A stretch of 64,000 nt of DNA from Lytechinus pictus (Eukaryota): the NCBI RefSeq assembly GCF_037042905.1, contig NC_087251.1:14262001-14326000 (forward strand), given 5' to 3'. Positions within the stretch are counted from its first letter, which is position 1. The number at the start of each line of letters is the position of its first letter. The notes beneath the pieces were generated by a model. It saw only the letters and a program-made list of their open reading frames with translations. It was not told the DNA's origin and searched no databases. Of the stretch, positions 52,701 to 63,817 are shown one piece after another. Both the position numbers and the translations under genes were made by a program.

Positions 52701-55700
52701 ATATATATACATTAAGTGTGCAATTAGTATTAAAACTGACTTTTTTAAATACAATTTTGAAATAAATGTTTGGATAATTGCACTTTAAACGAGTGTTGGT
52801 TTTTTTCAATTATCTTGAAATCCTTAATTTGGCTTAAATGAAACAATTCTATCTAGAGTACTACATGAACGTTAAATATAGTGCAAGCCAGACACCAAAT
52901 ACCTCATATCAACTGTAGGATGTATTGACTCTTGATACCTTGATTATGAATTTGAAAACTGATCTTTAAAGCAGACATCAATTAATCAATACACAATCAC
53001 CCCTGACTCACTTTGAAGTACTTCTTGGTTACGCCATACTGATGGTGTCTCTGTGCCAATTCCTCTAGGACTGGAACCAAAAGATCAAGATCATCCAAAC
53101 CCGACACAGCATGACCCACAGTCTCCATCACTTTCCTCCCATGTGATTTCGCCTGGGAGTCGGCAAGAAGTTGGTCATAAGAAAGATTCTTCTTTCCAAA
53201 AGGAAACAGCCTGCCAATCGCAGGGTTGTCTGTTACAAGCCTATTGTGATAACAAAATGGAGTTGAGCGTTCAGTTACTATGAAAATAACCTAATAATGG
53301 TTTCATAAAAATATAAAAACATGCTCAATTGGTTTTTATTGGAATGATTAAATGAAACAGGAAATATGAGAAAAGCCCAATCAAAACTAATATTATTCTT
53401 GTATGAACAAAGTACAGGACATGTGAGTAAGTACATACTTCGCAAACATTACAGCCCCATGTTGTTCTGGATTTCTAGACAAGATCGTCCAGGTCGCTCG
53501 AACAAGATCCTTCTTTGCATCGTCGAGGGTACCATCCGGTAGTTCAGCGGACATCGTATCGACAACAATCTGGAGAACTGCAAGCCAAGCCTTTTCGACA
53601 TCACTGTTGTAGTCGCGCCCAAGCCCCTGTCGGATGGCGTACATCAATGATGACACTGCCGGCTATTATACAAGTGGGAATCGTCAAAGCAATGAAAATG
53701 ATTTACTGACAATTTACTTGAATGTATCGCCAGAAATTACATTTATTGTGAAATGAATTTTACTTGAGTTTGAATTAATGTAAATCCATGTATGCTACAT
53801 GTGGAATACATTGAACAGAAAAAAAAATTATTAATATAAAGAACAGAAGGTACTATAAGAAATGAAAATACTGGTGTAAATCAATTAAAATTTTAAGAAT
53901 TCATCCTCTGAAACATTGAATTATGAACTGAAAGCAAAGCTATGTGACCCATGAAAAAGATGATACTTTTTGAAAAGCTTGATTTGAAATTTAATCTCCT
54001 CTTAGTAAAGAGGCATCTGACATATTTTAAAACAGTAAAATGATTGGGGCTTAGATTTGTAGTGAAACAAAAACAGTCACAGAAGTCAATGAGTAGACAT
54101 AATAGATGCAAATGAGATAAAAGTAGATAGATTAATTTCATAGTTCATAGAAAAGGAAGAAATTAAAAAAAAGAGTTGTTTATTAAAAGGTAACCGATGT
54201 ATGCAATGACAGGGTTTTTAAATTATGATAATATAGAAAAGGATTGCTTGGAAAATGTTCTTATCATTATTTCCCATTGCTTTTCTTGATAGTAATTAGA
54301 ATTGTGATTGTAGTCTAAGGTTGATGCACATATGCATGTTACATGACTAATGATCGTCTGTATTTTGTTAATTTGGAAAATGAGTAAGGGATCTATTCGT
54401 CAAAATAGAGACCTTGCAGTTTGAAATAAATTTGTAACATAATTAAAGGGACAAGAACTCATTAGTCTTTGCCATACCTACCGAAAAGTGTTGCTTGGTG
54501 ACGCCATAGGCTATATGTCTTGTTGCAAGTTCTTGTAACATCAGCACCACCGAGCTTATATCATTGAGTCCATCGACTGCGCCTCCAACCGTCTGCATGA
54601 CTCTGGTGCCATGGGCTCGGACCCTTGGATCAACTAGGAGTTGATCATATGAAAGGCCTTCATCACCAAATGGTAGCAGAGGGCCTACTGCAGGATAATC
54701 TGTAACAAGTCTGGAAACAAAGATGGTAACCTATTGTTTATATACCACCACAAATAGCAATGAACAATCATGATGTGTTGTATTATACTCCACAGACATG
54801 TAATATTGCATATCAATTGGTGAAAGTTATAAAAAAAATTAATCAATCACAAAAGGCCTATGGTGTTCTGCTTTTCGATGAACTCCCAAGGTATTAAGCT
54901 TTGATCTTTACACCCTCAATGAAGATGATAATTATTTTGAAGTATTCGTAAAATGATGGTGCATTGCACAAAATACTATCTTTGATATCAGTGCGATGCA
55001 CTGTGTACTATGTCATCAGAAGCCCATTACCCATGCGTGTAATTAAAGCAAACACAGACACGTTTCGGAAGTAGACATTGACGCACATCCTCCGCGAAAG
55101 AAACAATTTTTCAGCTTTGCCTGCATTCAATTATATCATTTTCAGTGTAGGTATAATTTTTATGTGGTCCTTTTTGTAATTCAATCGCTGCCGATGGGGA
55201 ATATAAAGTAATAATCACACTTTTTATTTAATTGTTGATACAATCTACCACTTCCTTCGAAATAAAAATGTAGATGCTTTGTATCCTCAGCTTCACTTTG
55301 GAAAGATCCAAAGTTTATTTGTCTCATCACTTTCACCAATGCAATAATTTGCTAGTTATTTTCAGGTATTAGGCTGACATTGTGCAAGATAGCCTACGGA
55401 ATAAGTTGTCATTGCCCGTGCTTGTTGTGATCAAATGCTACAATGAAGTGTTTTAAGATATAATAACAAAACCACAAGATAAAAGAAAAATGAAATGCAA
55501 AAACAAAACATCAAATCGATATAAATGGTGTGCAAGTATCTCTGAATTAATAACCAAGCTAAGTGGGCGAGGGGGTGGTTAAAGATGGTCATTATATCAT
55601 TACATTGTGTTGAGAAGGTTTATGCTACTTCCATCTCAATTCATTTAATTTTGTTTCTTTCCATTTCCAAATTAATTACTCAATGCACAATATATAATTG

Positions 55701-58700
55701 AATTCCTTAAGATAAGATGTATATTTAATGTGCAATCACTGTAAAATACTTACTTGGCAAACATTGCCGATGGGGAATATAAAGCAATAATCACACTTTT
55801 TATTTAATTGTTGATAAAATCTACCACTTCCTTCGAAATAAAAATGTTGATGCTTTGTATCCTCAGCTTCACTTTGGAAAGATCCAAAGTTTATTTGTCT
55901 CATCACTTTCACCAATGCAATAATTTGCTAGTTATTTTCAGGTATTAGGCTGGCATTGTGCAAGATAGCCTACGGGATAAGTTGTCATTGCCCGTGCTTG
56001 TTGTGATCAAATGCTACAATGAAGTGTTTCAAGATATAATAACAAAACCACAAGATAAAAAAAAAATGAAATGCAAAAATAAAGCATCAAATCGATATAA
56101 ATGGTGTGCAAGTATCTCTGAATTAATAACCAAGCTAAGTTGGCGAGGGGGTGGTTAAAGATGGTCATTATATCATTACATTGTGTTGAGAAGGTTTATG
56201 CTACTTCCATCTCATTTCATTTCATTTTGTTTCTTTCAATTTCCAAATTAATTACTCAATGCACAATATATAATTGAATTCCTTAAGATAAGATGTATAT
56301 TTAATTTGCAATCACTGTAAAATACTTACTTGGCAAACATTGTTGCTCCATGTTTAGCTGGATCAGTTGCTAGTTTTCTCCAAGTCTCCTGTACCAGCCG
56401 TTTGTTTTCAGTAGTGATAGATCCTTTACTCAAGGCCTCAGACATTGTATCGGATACAATCTTGAAAACGGCAACCCAAGCCTGTCTCACTTCATCAGTG
56501 AAATCACTTCCTAGTGCTTCTTTGATAGTTTCAAGAAGCACTTCTCCAACAGGCTGGAATAAATATGATTTGTAATTGTATATTTCAATAAGCAAAGGAA
56601 ACGATCTTCTATCGTGCCATAGACAAAAACCATTAACCCTATGTATGAACCTTTCCTCTCTATATTACTGCTGATGGCAATACTTGTCAAATATTATTAG
56701 ACAAGGTTAGGTTGTGGAGATAATGCCTCAAACAATACCTTGCTCATATGTCATTCAAAACTATAATACTACTGAAAACACCATGATTATTTTACTGTAT
56801 TACCTTGCACTAATAGAGAGACCATTAATGGTTGGTATTGGTGGTATTTTCTAAACAGTTCCTTGTTCACACCTAATTAAAAACTGCAAAGTGTTCAATT
56901 CAATAAAAAGAATATAGGACAATGCTAAATGGTTAATGTACCCGTACATGAATGGAGAGACCAAGAAATTCAGGAAATATTAGCAATACCTCAAACATTT
57001 CCTTGACATTCACGTGCTCAAACCTATAATTCTTCATTAAAGTTACATATAATGTGGATTATGATCTTCTGCCATGCAGAACCCTTAAATTAATGGAGGG
57101 ACAAACAAGGTTAGGTAGTTGGGTCATAACTCAACAATACCTTGTGCACACATTGTCAAGGCTAGAAAGGCGTCAGTTCATTTATATGCATAGTGAATTA
57201 TTGATCCTGCAACCTTTGTATTAATGGAGAAACCATCAGACATATGTGGCAATGTGTAAAGTGTTCCTTGTTAACGCTTTAATGGTCGTTTTAGACCACG
57301 TTCTTAGTATACTTTCTTGAGCTTATTTCCCTTTAATTAGTTTAGAAGATCGCTTTGCTAGTGTCCTACAGGAGCACTCTCATTTGGGTCAGTGTTTCGC
57401 ATGAAATATGAATTCGCAGTGTTGGCATTCTACAGTGTGTGGAGTAGCGCGCCCAACATGTGCGAATATCACTTCCTGAAGAATGGTCGTGTGCTCACCT
57501 ACGCTTAAGCTACTTTGACGGGGCTAAGCGATTTTGAAAACAACATTGCGAGGTGGTTTTCTGAACCAGTTTGGAAGACCACTTAAAGGACAAGTCCAAC
57601 CCCCCCCCCAAAAAAAAAATGATTTGAATAAAAAGAGAAAAATAACACTGAATATGTCCTCAAAATAGGATGTAAAATAAGGAATTATGAAATTTTAAGG
57701 TTTTGCTCAACTTCACAAACAGTTATATGCACATCCTGGTCGGTATGCAAATGAGGAGACCGATGACATCACCCACTCTCTATTCGTTTTGGACTTTAAG
57801 ATTCAAGATTCAAGATTCAAGATTTATTCATTCCATTCGATAAAAAGATACAATTCATACATACAAATTTACAAATTTACAAGATTTACATACAAATTTA
57901 CAAGATTTACATTTGGATACAATACAATTTATACAAACACAGAAATGGTATTGATTTCACATATATAGAAAAAAATCAAATGGAAATGGGTCACTGCAAA
58001 AGTTCAAAAAGGGACTTGAACTTTATTATATGAAATATTCTAATTTTCTCATTGTCTCGCGAAACAAAGTTTTATTTCTTCATAAATATGTGGAATGACC
58101 AACGTTTAGAGAGTTTATGGTTCAGTCACGTTGGTCATTCATGTCGATTCTGTATATAAAAGCTGAAATATTATATTCTTCAGACATTGAAAAAAAAAAG
58201 TAAATGAGTGATATCATCGACTCTCACATTTACAGATCATTTAGTTTTGCATATAACTGTTGTGTGAAAAATAAGCAAAACTTTCAAATGTCATAGCTTT
58301 CTTATTTTACATCCGATTTCGATGAAATTTTCAGCATTGGGCTTGTTTGATTTTTCTCGATTGATTCAAATGAACATTGTTCTGGGCAATCTGGGGTGAA
58401 CTTGACATTTGAATTCGCTTCCAAGATCGCTTTTAGCGTCCCATTGCACATTAAACTGATTTCCAATAAACTAGTTTAAGGACTGTAATGAGAACGGTTT
58501 TCTAGTTGCTACCCTTGCCCTAATGGAGAGACCATTAAGAATTGGTATTTGATAGTATATCTCTAACTGTTCCTTATTCGGGCAAAACTTCTATACAATG
58601 ACAAACGTAATGAATTATTCATCATGCTATCATTGCTTTAACGGGTTAGTAAGGTCAGCTAATCCTAATAATACCTCAAAAAGTTCCTTGTTAACACCGT

Positions 58701-61700
58701 ACCCCACATGTCTCCCTCCAAGATCCCTCAAGATTGGAACCAAGAGATCCAGGTCATTTAGTCCATCTACTGCAACACCTACGGTCTCCATCACTTTCTT
58801 ACCATGGGCCAGAACCTTGGAGTGTTTCAAAAGCTGGGCGTAAGACAGGTTCTCTTTACCAAATGGAAAGAGCTTGCCAACGGTAGGATGTCGGGTGAGT
58901 AGCCTGTGAACATGTTTTAAGAGATTTGTATGAGTTGAAAATTGAGAATTTACATTCAAGAATTCAATTACGATTAGGCTTTTTACAAGAAATATGATTA
59001 TCACTCGTCAACAACCAGCTTTTACTTACACATTGTTCTATCGTGATTATATTCACAAAACTTGCGTGTAACACATTGATCAAGGCTTGAAAAGATAAGT
59101 TGAATGCTAATCCATTTGTATTCATTTTGTTGTAGGATTACAATTTTCAGTTGTCTTTTTCTTTTGATTGCTTTTGTTTTTACATCTTTGGAAGGAAATT
59201 ATAGTAAGAACTATTTTGTATACAAATATTGAACTATCAATGACCTTAATAAATAAATCAATCCATGTCAGAGGAGAGGCTCATAATTGTTTCCTAGTAG
59301 ATTTACAAGTGATCCCATAAATATTGTCCAAAACTACTAATCGATAGTAAAATATCAATCGATGATTATGATACTACTTTACCATGTAGTGAAAACTTAC
59401 TTTGCAAACATCACTGCTCCGTGTTTTGCTGGATTCGGAGCGAGTATTTGCCATGTTCTTTTAACTAACTCCTTCTGCTCTGATGTTGGTGGAGCAGCGT
59501 CTTGTAGGATTTCAGACATTGTGTTTGTGATGAGTTGGAAGACGGCCATCCAGGCACTCTGGATATCTGGAGAGAAGGATGAACCTAGTCCTTCTTTGAT
59601 GGCATGAATCAGGGCTGCCCCTACAGACTGGTTGAATTAACAACAGAAACGACAGAAATAATATTTTACCCCCTTAGATTAAGAAGCGAATATCAACTCG
59701 GATTATTGCAAATGATGTAGATAGATAAATATTAGTTAGGCCTACTAGATTCTGTACTGTTGATATACGGTTATATCTTCAAAATACTGAATCGAAATGG
59801 GTGGATATAAGACAAATCATTCGGTCAAGGGTTTATGCCGTTGCCATTATACCTTGAAATGTTTCTTGGTGACATTGTAGCCAATGTGCCGTGTTGCCAG
59901 CTCACGTAGAATTGGTACGAGAAAGCCTAGATCATCTAAACCATCTACAGCTGTTCCAACTGTCTCCATGACACGTTTACCATGTGCTAGAGCTTGTGGA
60001 TCTCTCAGTAGCTGTTGGTATGATAGATTCTTGCTACCGAATGGGAATAGATGACCTACATCAGGATTATCAGTTACAAGTCTGTAGGTTTAGAGAGAGG
60101 AAAATCATTGAATTAAATGGTAATTTTTCAGACCTGTTGGTCAAGCTGTCTTCAAGGTATATGCTGAAGATGGCATGTAGTATATTGAAAGAAATCATTT
60201 TGTTAAGTATAAGTTGATTAAGATAGGCCTATTTTTCAATCTGTTGCTCTGGGAGTGGAATTGGGAGTTGTTTTGAGCAGTTTAGTCCATGTTAACCATG
60301 CACTTATAAATGAAAGGGGAGGACGCAAATAATTACGAGACGTTTGTGCCATATAACTCTGGAGCCGCAAGAGTTCACATAGTATTATGGCGTCAAGACT
60401 TTTTCTCTGTCATCCTCTCTCTTCCTCACCCCCCCCCCCCCTACATCTACTACTTCAATCTGTTGCTCTGGGGGTGGAATTGGGAATGGTTTTAAGCAGT
60501 TTAGTCCATGTTAACCATGCACTTATAAATGAAAATATCTTTACAAATCCCCACCAACATAGTTGGGTGACTCCACTTACTTCGCAAACATGACAGCGCC
60601 ATGTTTTGCTGGGTTCGAAGCAAGACTTCGCCATGTTCTTTTCACAATCTCCTTCTGCGCTGATGTCGGAGGACCAACACTTGGAAGGATTTCAGACATT
60701 GTGTTTGTGATGAGCTGGAAGACAGCCACCCAGGCACTCTGGATATCTGGAGAGAACTTTGAACCTAGACCTTCTTTGATGGCATGAATTAGTGCTGCTC
60801 CGACAGACTGTATGAATGAATAACACCAATTGAGAAGTACTAATAGTTAACCCTCTTCGTTTACGAATCAAATACCAACTCATATACTGCAATCATAGGA
60901 TATAGACAGGTAAATATTAGTGTACTCCTACTTGATACTGTGCAGTTACTACTGTTTATTTTTACACAACTGAATAGTTGATATAAAATACTAGTACACT
61001 TTCAGTTCAGATTTTGTTTATGCCATTATACCTTGAAATGTTTCTTGGTAACATTGTAGCCAATATGTCTAGTTGCTAGTTCCCGTAGAATTGGTACGAG
61101 AATGTCTAGATCATCTAAACCATCTACAGCCGTTCCAACTGTCTCCATGACACGTTTACCATGTGCTAGAGCTTGTGGATCTCCCAGTAGCTGCTGATAT
61201 GAAAGATTCTTGTTTCCGAATGGGAAGAGATGACCTACATCTGGATTGTCCGTTACAAGTCTGTGATATCAGTGATTCAATGAAATAATCGTGCCGCTAC
61301 AACAAAATTCAATATGTACTACATAAATAAATTATTTAATGAACAGAAATAGGTTGGGTAAATTAATTACATCACATTTCACTAATTAGACATCATCACT
61401 AATTGTCACAACTAGATCGTCAGTTGTGTGGTAACTCGATGAAGGCAACTCAACATAAAACTAATTGAAACACATACATGACTATAATATACAGGGACAT
61501 AGCCCAACAAATAGAAATGTTGCGATTTACAGTCTTATAGCAATTAGTGATGAAGTATCACATTTTTCTAAAACTTTTCTCTTCTTTGGAATAACGGTAT
61601 ATTTATCTCTCTACAAAAGTATACCTTGCCCTCCTTACTTTGCAAACATCACGGCACCGTGCTGTGCTGGGTTCGAAGCCAGTTTTCGCCATGTTCTTTT

Positions 61701-63296
61701 CACGATGTCTTTTTGCGCTGATGTCGGAGGACCAACACTTGGAAGGATTTCAGACATTGTGTTTGTGATGAGCTGGAAGACGGCCATCCAGGCACCCTGG
61801 ATATCTGGAGAGAAGGATGAACCTAGTCCTTCTTTAATGGCATGAATCAGGGCTGCACCTACGAGCTACATGGATTGAAAATAACGAAATTATATCCAAG
61901 ATCCCTGGTATTAAGAATCTGAACAATATTATTGTAAGAGAGGAACCATACGATTACAAATATATATTACATCATATACTTTTTTCTTCGTCATTCAATG
62001 CTCATTATCCAATCGGGTCAGAAGGATTCCCCGGTGCGGTTACGAATTAACTTACATGCTCTTGTAAAAACAGCATGAGATATAGTTTTATAAAACTTAC
62101 ACTAAAGTGTTGTTTGGTGACATTGTATCCAATGTGTCTAGTTGCCAGCTCACGTAGAATAGGTACAAGGATGTCGAGATCGTCTAAGCCATCAACAGCT
62201 GTTCCAACTGTCTCCATGACACGTTTACCGTGTGCTTGAGCTTGTGGATCTCTCAGTAACTGTTGGTATGATAGATTCTTGCTCCCGAATGGGAATAGAT
62301 GACCTACATCAGGATTATCCGTTACAAGTCTGTAGGTTTAGAGAGAGGAAAAATCTGTGAATTAAAGGGTAATTTTTCAGATTTGTTGGTCAAGCTGTCT
62401 TCAGGGTATATGCTGAAGATGACATGTACTATATTGAAAGAAATCATTTTGTTGAGTATCAGTTGATTAAGATACGCCTATCCTTTCAATCTGTTGTTCT
62501 GGGAGTGGAATTGGGAATGGTTTTAAGCAGTTTAGTCCATGTTAACCATGCACTTATGAACGAACAATTCTTTACAAATCCCCACCGACATAGTTGGGTG
62601 ATTCCACTTACTTCGCAAACATGACGGCGCCATGTTTTGCTGGGTTCGAAGCAAGACTTCGCCATGTTCTTTTCACAATCTCCTTCTGCGCTGATGTCGG
62701 AGGACCAGCACTTGGAAGGATTTCAGACATTGTGTTTGTGATGAGTTGGAAGACGGCCATCCAGGCACCCTGGATATCTGGAGAGAAGGATGAACCTAGT
62801 CCTTCTTTAATGGCATGAATCAGGGCTTCACCTACGAGCTACATGGATTGAAAATAACGAAATTATATCCAAGATCCCTGGTATGAAGAATCTGAACAAT
62901 TATAAGAGAGGAACCATACGATTACAAATATATATTACATTAGATATTTTTCCGTCGTCATTCAACGCTCATTATCCAATCGGGTCAGAAGGATTCCCCG
63001 GTGCGGTTAAGAATTAACTTGCATGCTCTTGTAAAAACAGCATGAGATATAGTTTTATAAAACTTACACTAAAGTGTTGTTTGGCGACATTGTATCCAAT
63101 GTGTCTAGTTGCCAGCTCACGTAGAATAGGTACAAGGATGTCGAGATCGTCTAAACCATCTACAGCCGTTCCAACTGTCTCCATGACACGTTTACCATGT
63201 GCTTGAGCTTGTGGATCTCTCAGTAGCTGCTGATATGAAAGATTCTTGTTTCCAAATGGGAACAAATGACCTACATCAGGATTGTCCGTTATGAGT
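43665..63296 (-). CDS. Multi-domain (>=10 domains) neuroglobin-like globin, spliced gene model (20 exons in window, 5' incomplete)
   Basis: Ten 229-nt exons alternate with 224-245-nt exons and end in a 129-nt terminal exon; all GT/AG, one continuous frame (4471 nt). Each domain has B10 Phe, E7 His and F8 His. Motifs W..L..P..HG.V.FAKL and VGE.L...L...LG..F.....AW resemble neuroglobin. Confidence 0.95.
44460..44688 (-). CDS. Polyglobin core exon D10 (E11 Phe)
   Basis: 229 nt; LVSDNPKAGKLFSF...SHGERF...TRHSGYGVTKDLFV. Confidence 0.92.
45268..45512 (-). CDS. Polyglobin junction exon D9/D10 (longer linker)
   Basis: 245 nt; YAGEALLFAISDALG...LLDGRKTTGTEMMKSKQRELVRSTW...HGAVMFAK. Confidence 0.92.
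45872..46100 (-). CDS. Polyglobin core exon D9 (E11 Phe)
   Basis: 229 nt; LASDHSLVSSLFPF...KHGRQF...KRHNGLGVTRQHLP. Confidence 0.92.
46494..46717 (-). CDS. Polyglobin junction exon D8/D9
   Basis: 224 nt; PAGQALMYAIKEGLG...NPEQHGTVVFAK. Confidence 0.93.
47183..47411 (-). CDS. Polyglobin core exon D8
   Basis: 229 nt; LTTQNPIVGRLFPYG...AHGTKV...LRHIQYNVTKMHFE. Confidence 0.93.
47871..51974. mobile_element. Foldback-type element, copy 2 (internally deleted, 4.1 kb), in polyglobin intron
   Basis: Termini TAGTAAAGCGGATAAGC / GCTTATCCGCTCTACTA; interior matches the reverse complement of about 29980-33325 and 26140-27570; TSD not clean. Confidence 0.88.
52162..52388 (-). CDS. Polyglobin junction exon D7/D8
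   Basis: 227 nt; PVGKALMHAIEEGLG...DPGKHGAVMFAR. Confidence 0.93.
53012..53240 (-). CDS. Polyglobin core exon D7
   Basis: 229 nt; LVTDNPAIGRLFPF...SHGRKV...QRHHQYGVTKKYFK. Confidence 0.93.
53439..53662 (-). CDS. Polyglobin junction exon D6/D7
   Basis: 224 nt; PAVSSLMYAIRQGLG...NPEQHGAVMFAK. Confidence 0.93.
54482..54710 (-). CDS. Polyglobin core exon D6 (CD1 Leu)
   Basis: 229 nt; LVTDYPAVGPLLPFGDEGLSY...AHGTRV...TRHIAYGVTKQHFS. Confidence 0.92.
55189..56342. repeat. 576-bp near-perfect tandem duplication including a splice donor
   Basis: CCGATGGGGAATATAAAG at 55191 and 55767; both units end in CTTACTTGGCAAACATTG. Confidence 0.92.
56330..56553 (-). CDS. Polyglobin junction exon D5/D6
   Basis: 224 nt; PVGEVLLETIKEALG...DPAKHGATMFAK. 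Confidence 0.93.
56670..57280. repeat. Degenerate ~140-bp tandem repeats
   Basis: TAATGGAGAGACCA-like anchors at about 56811, 56951, 57091, 57222 and again at 58521. Confidence 0.6.
57587..58408. mobile_element. Degenerate TTAA MITE containing a short LINE 3' tail (about 57797-58020, - strand)
   Basis: ttaa|AGGACAAGTCCAACCCC...GGGGTGAACTTGACAT; insert ends on - with AATAAA(TCTTGAA)3. Confidence 0.65.
58675..58903 (-). CDS. Polyglobin core exon D5
   Basis: 229 nt; LLTRHPTVGKLFPF...AHGKKV...GRHVGYGVNKELFE. Confidence 0.93.
59401..59627 (-). CDS. Polyglobin junction exon D4/D5
   Basis: 227 nt; ...EILQDAAPPTSEQKELVKRTWQILAPNPAKHGAVMFAK. Confidence 0.93.
59853..60081 (-). CDS. Polyglobin core exon D4
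   Basis: 229 nt; LVTDNPDVGHLFPFGSKNLSY...TRHIGYNVTKKHFK. Confidence 0.93.
60581..60807 (-). CDS. Polyglobin junction exon D3/D4
   Basis: 227 nt; SVGAALIHAIKEGLGSKFSP...HGAVMFAK. Confidence 0.93.
61032..61260 (-). CDS. Polyglobin core exon D3
   Basis: 229 nt; LAHGKRV...TRHIGYNVTKKHFK. Confidence 0.93.
61639..61865 (-). CDS. Polyglobin junction exon D2/D3
   Basis: 227 nt; LVGAALIHAIKEGLG...NPAQHGAVMFAK. Confidence 0.93.
62101..62329 (-). CDS. Polyglobin core exon D2
   Basis: 229 nt, near-identical to D1. Confidence 0.93.
62612..62838 (-). CDS. Polyglobin junction exon D1/D2: LVGEALIHAIKEGLG...KRTWRSLASNPAKHGAVMFAK
   Basis: 227 nt, phase 0 to phase 2. Confidence 0.93.
63068..63296 (-). CDS. 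Polyglobin core exon D1 (B12.2-G7.0): LITDNPDVGHLFPFGNKNLSYQQLLRDPQAQAHGKRV...TRHIGYNVAKQHFS
   Basis: 229 nt, phase 2 to phase 0, AG/GT flanks. Confidence 0.93.
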
Positions 63297-63817
63297 CTGT
63301 CAAACCAGTCAAAGAATGCAAGATGTTAATCATAGGCCTATCCAGAACTCTTTACATAAAAGTGATTGGCAAAAGAATCTCGTAATTAAGTGACCCCGGA
63401 GGCCCAACCTTTCCCAATGGTATTTCCTTGATTCTCTGTTGACGTTACAAGAAAGATTTGACCTTGTCTTGTCATTCTTAAAGAACCCTCTTTAGCTAGT
63501 TAATTTTGAAGCTCCCATTTAAAAAACATAGTGTGAGTAAAAAAAAATTGCACCTCACGAATCCCAATTTAAGAGGAAAATATATCTTGAACACATACTT
63601 ATTATACATGGCCTGAAAAAAGTATATTCTCCCAAATAATTTAGTACCATATTTATGTGGTGTATGTGGATGATCAGGAGGTGTTCTTTACAGTGATGTA
63701 AATTTTGATATGTGCCAAAGTAAGGCATGACTGCACTGAATGAATCCAGATCTCAATGATGTCATAATCCTACAAGGGTTGCATTAAAATCCATTGCAAA
63801 ATATCTTTTCAATAATA

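Noticed and set aside
59362..62818. Repeated plus-strand ORFs (YFANMTAPCFAG...)
   Set aside because: Antisense shadows of the globin junction exons.
43665..63296. Cluster of separate single-domain globin genes
   Set aside because: Junction exons run from helix H straight into the next helix A with no stop; only one stop exists, at 43665.
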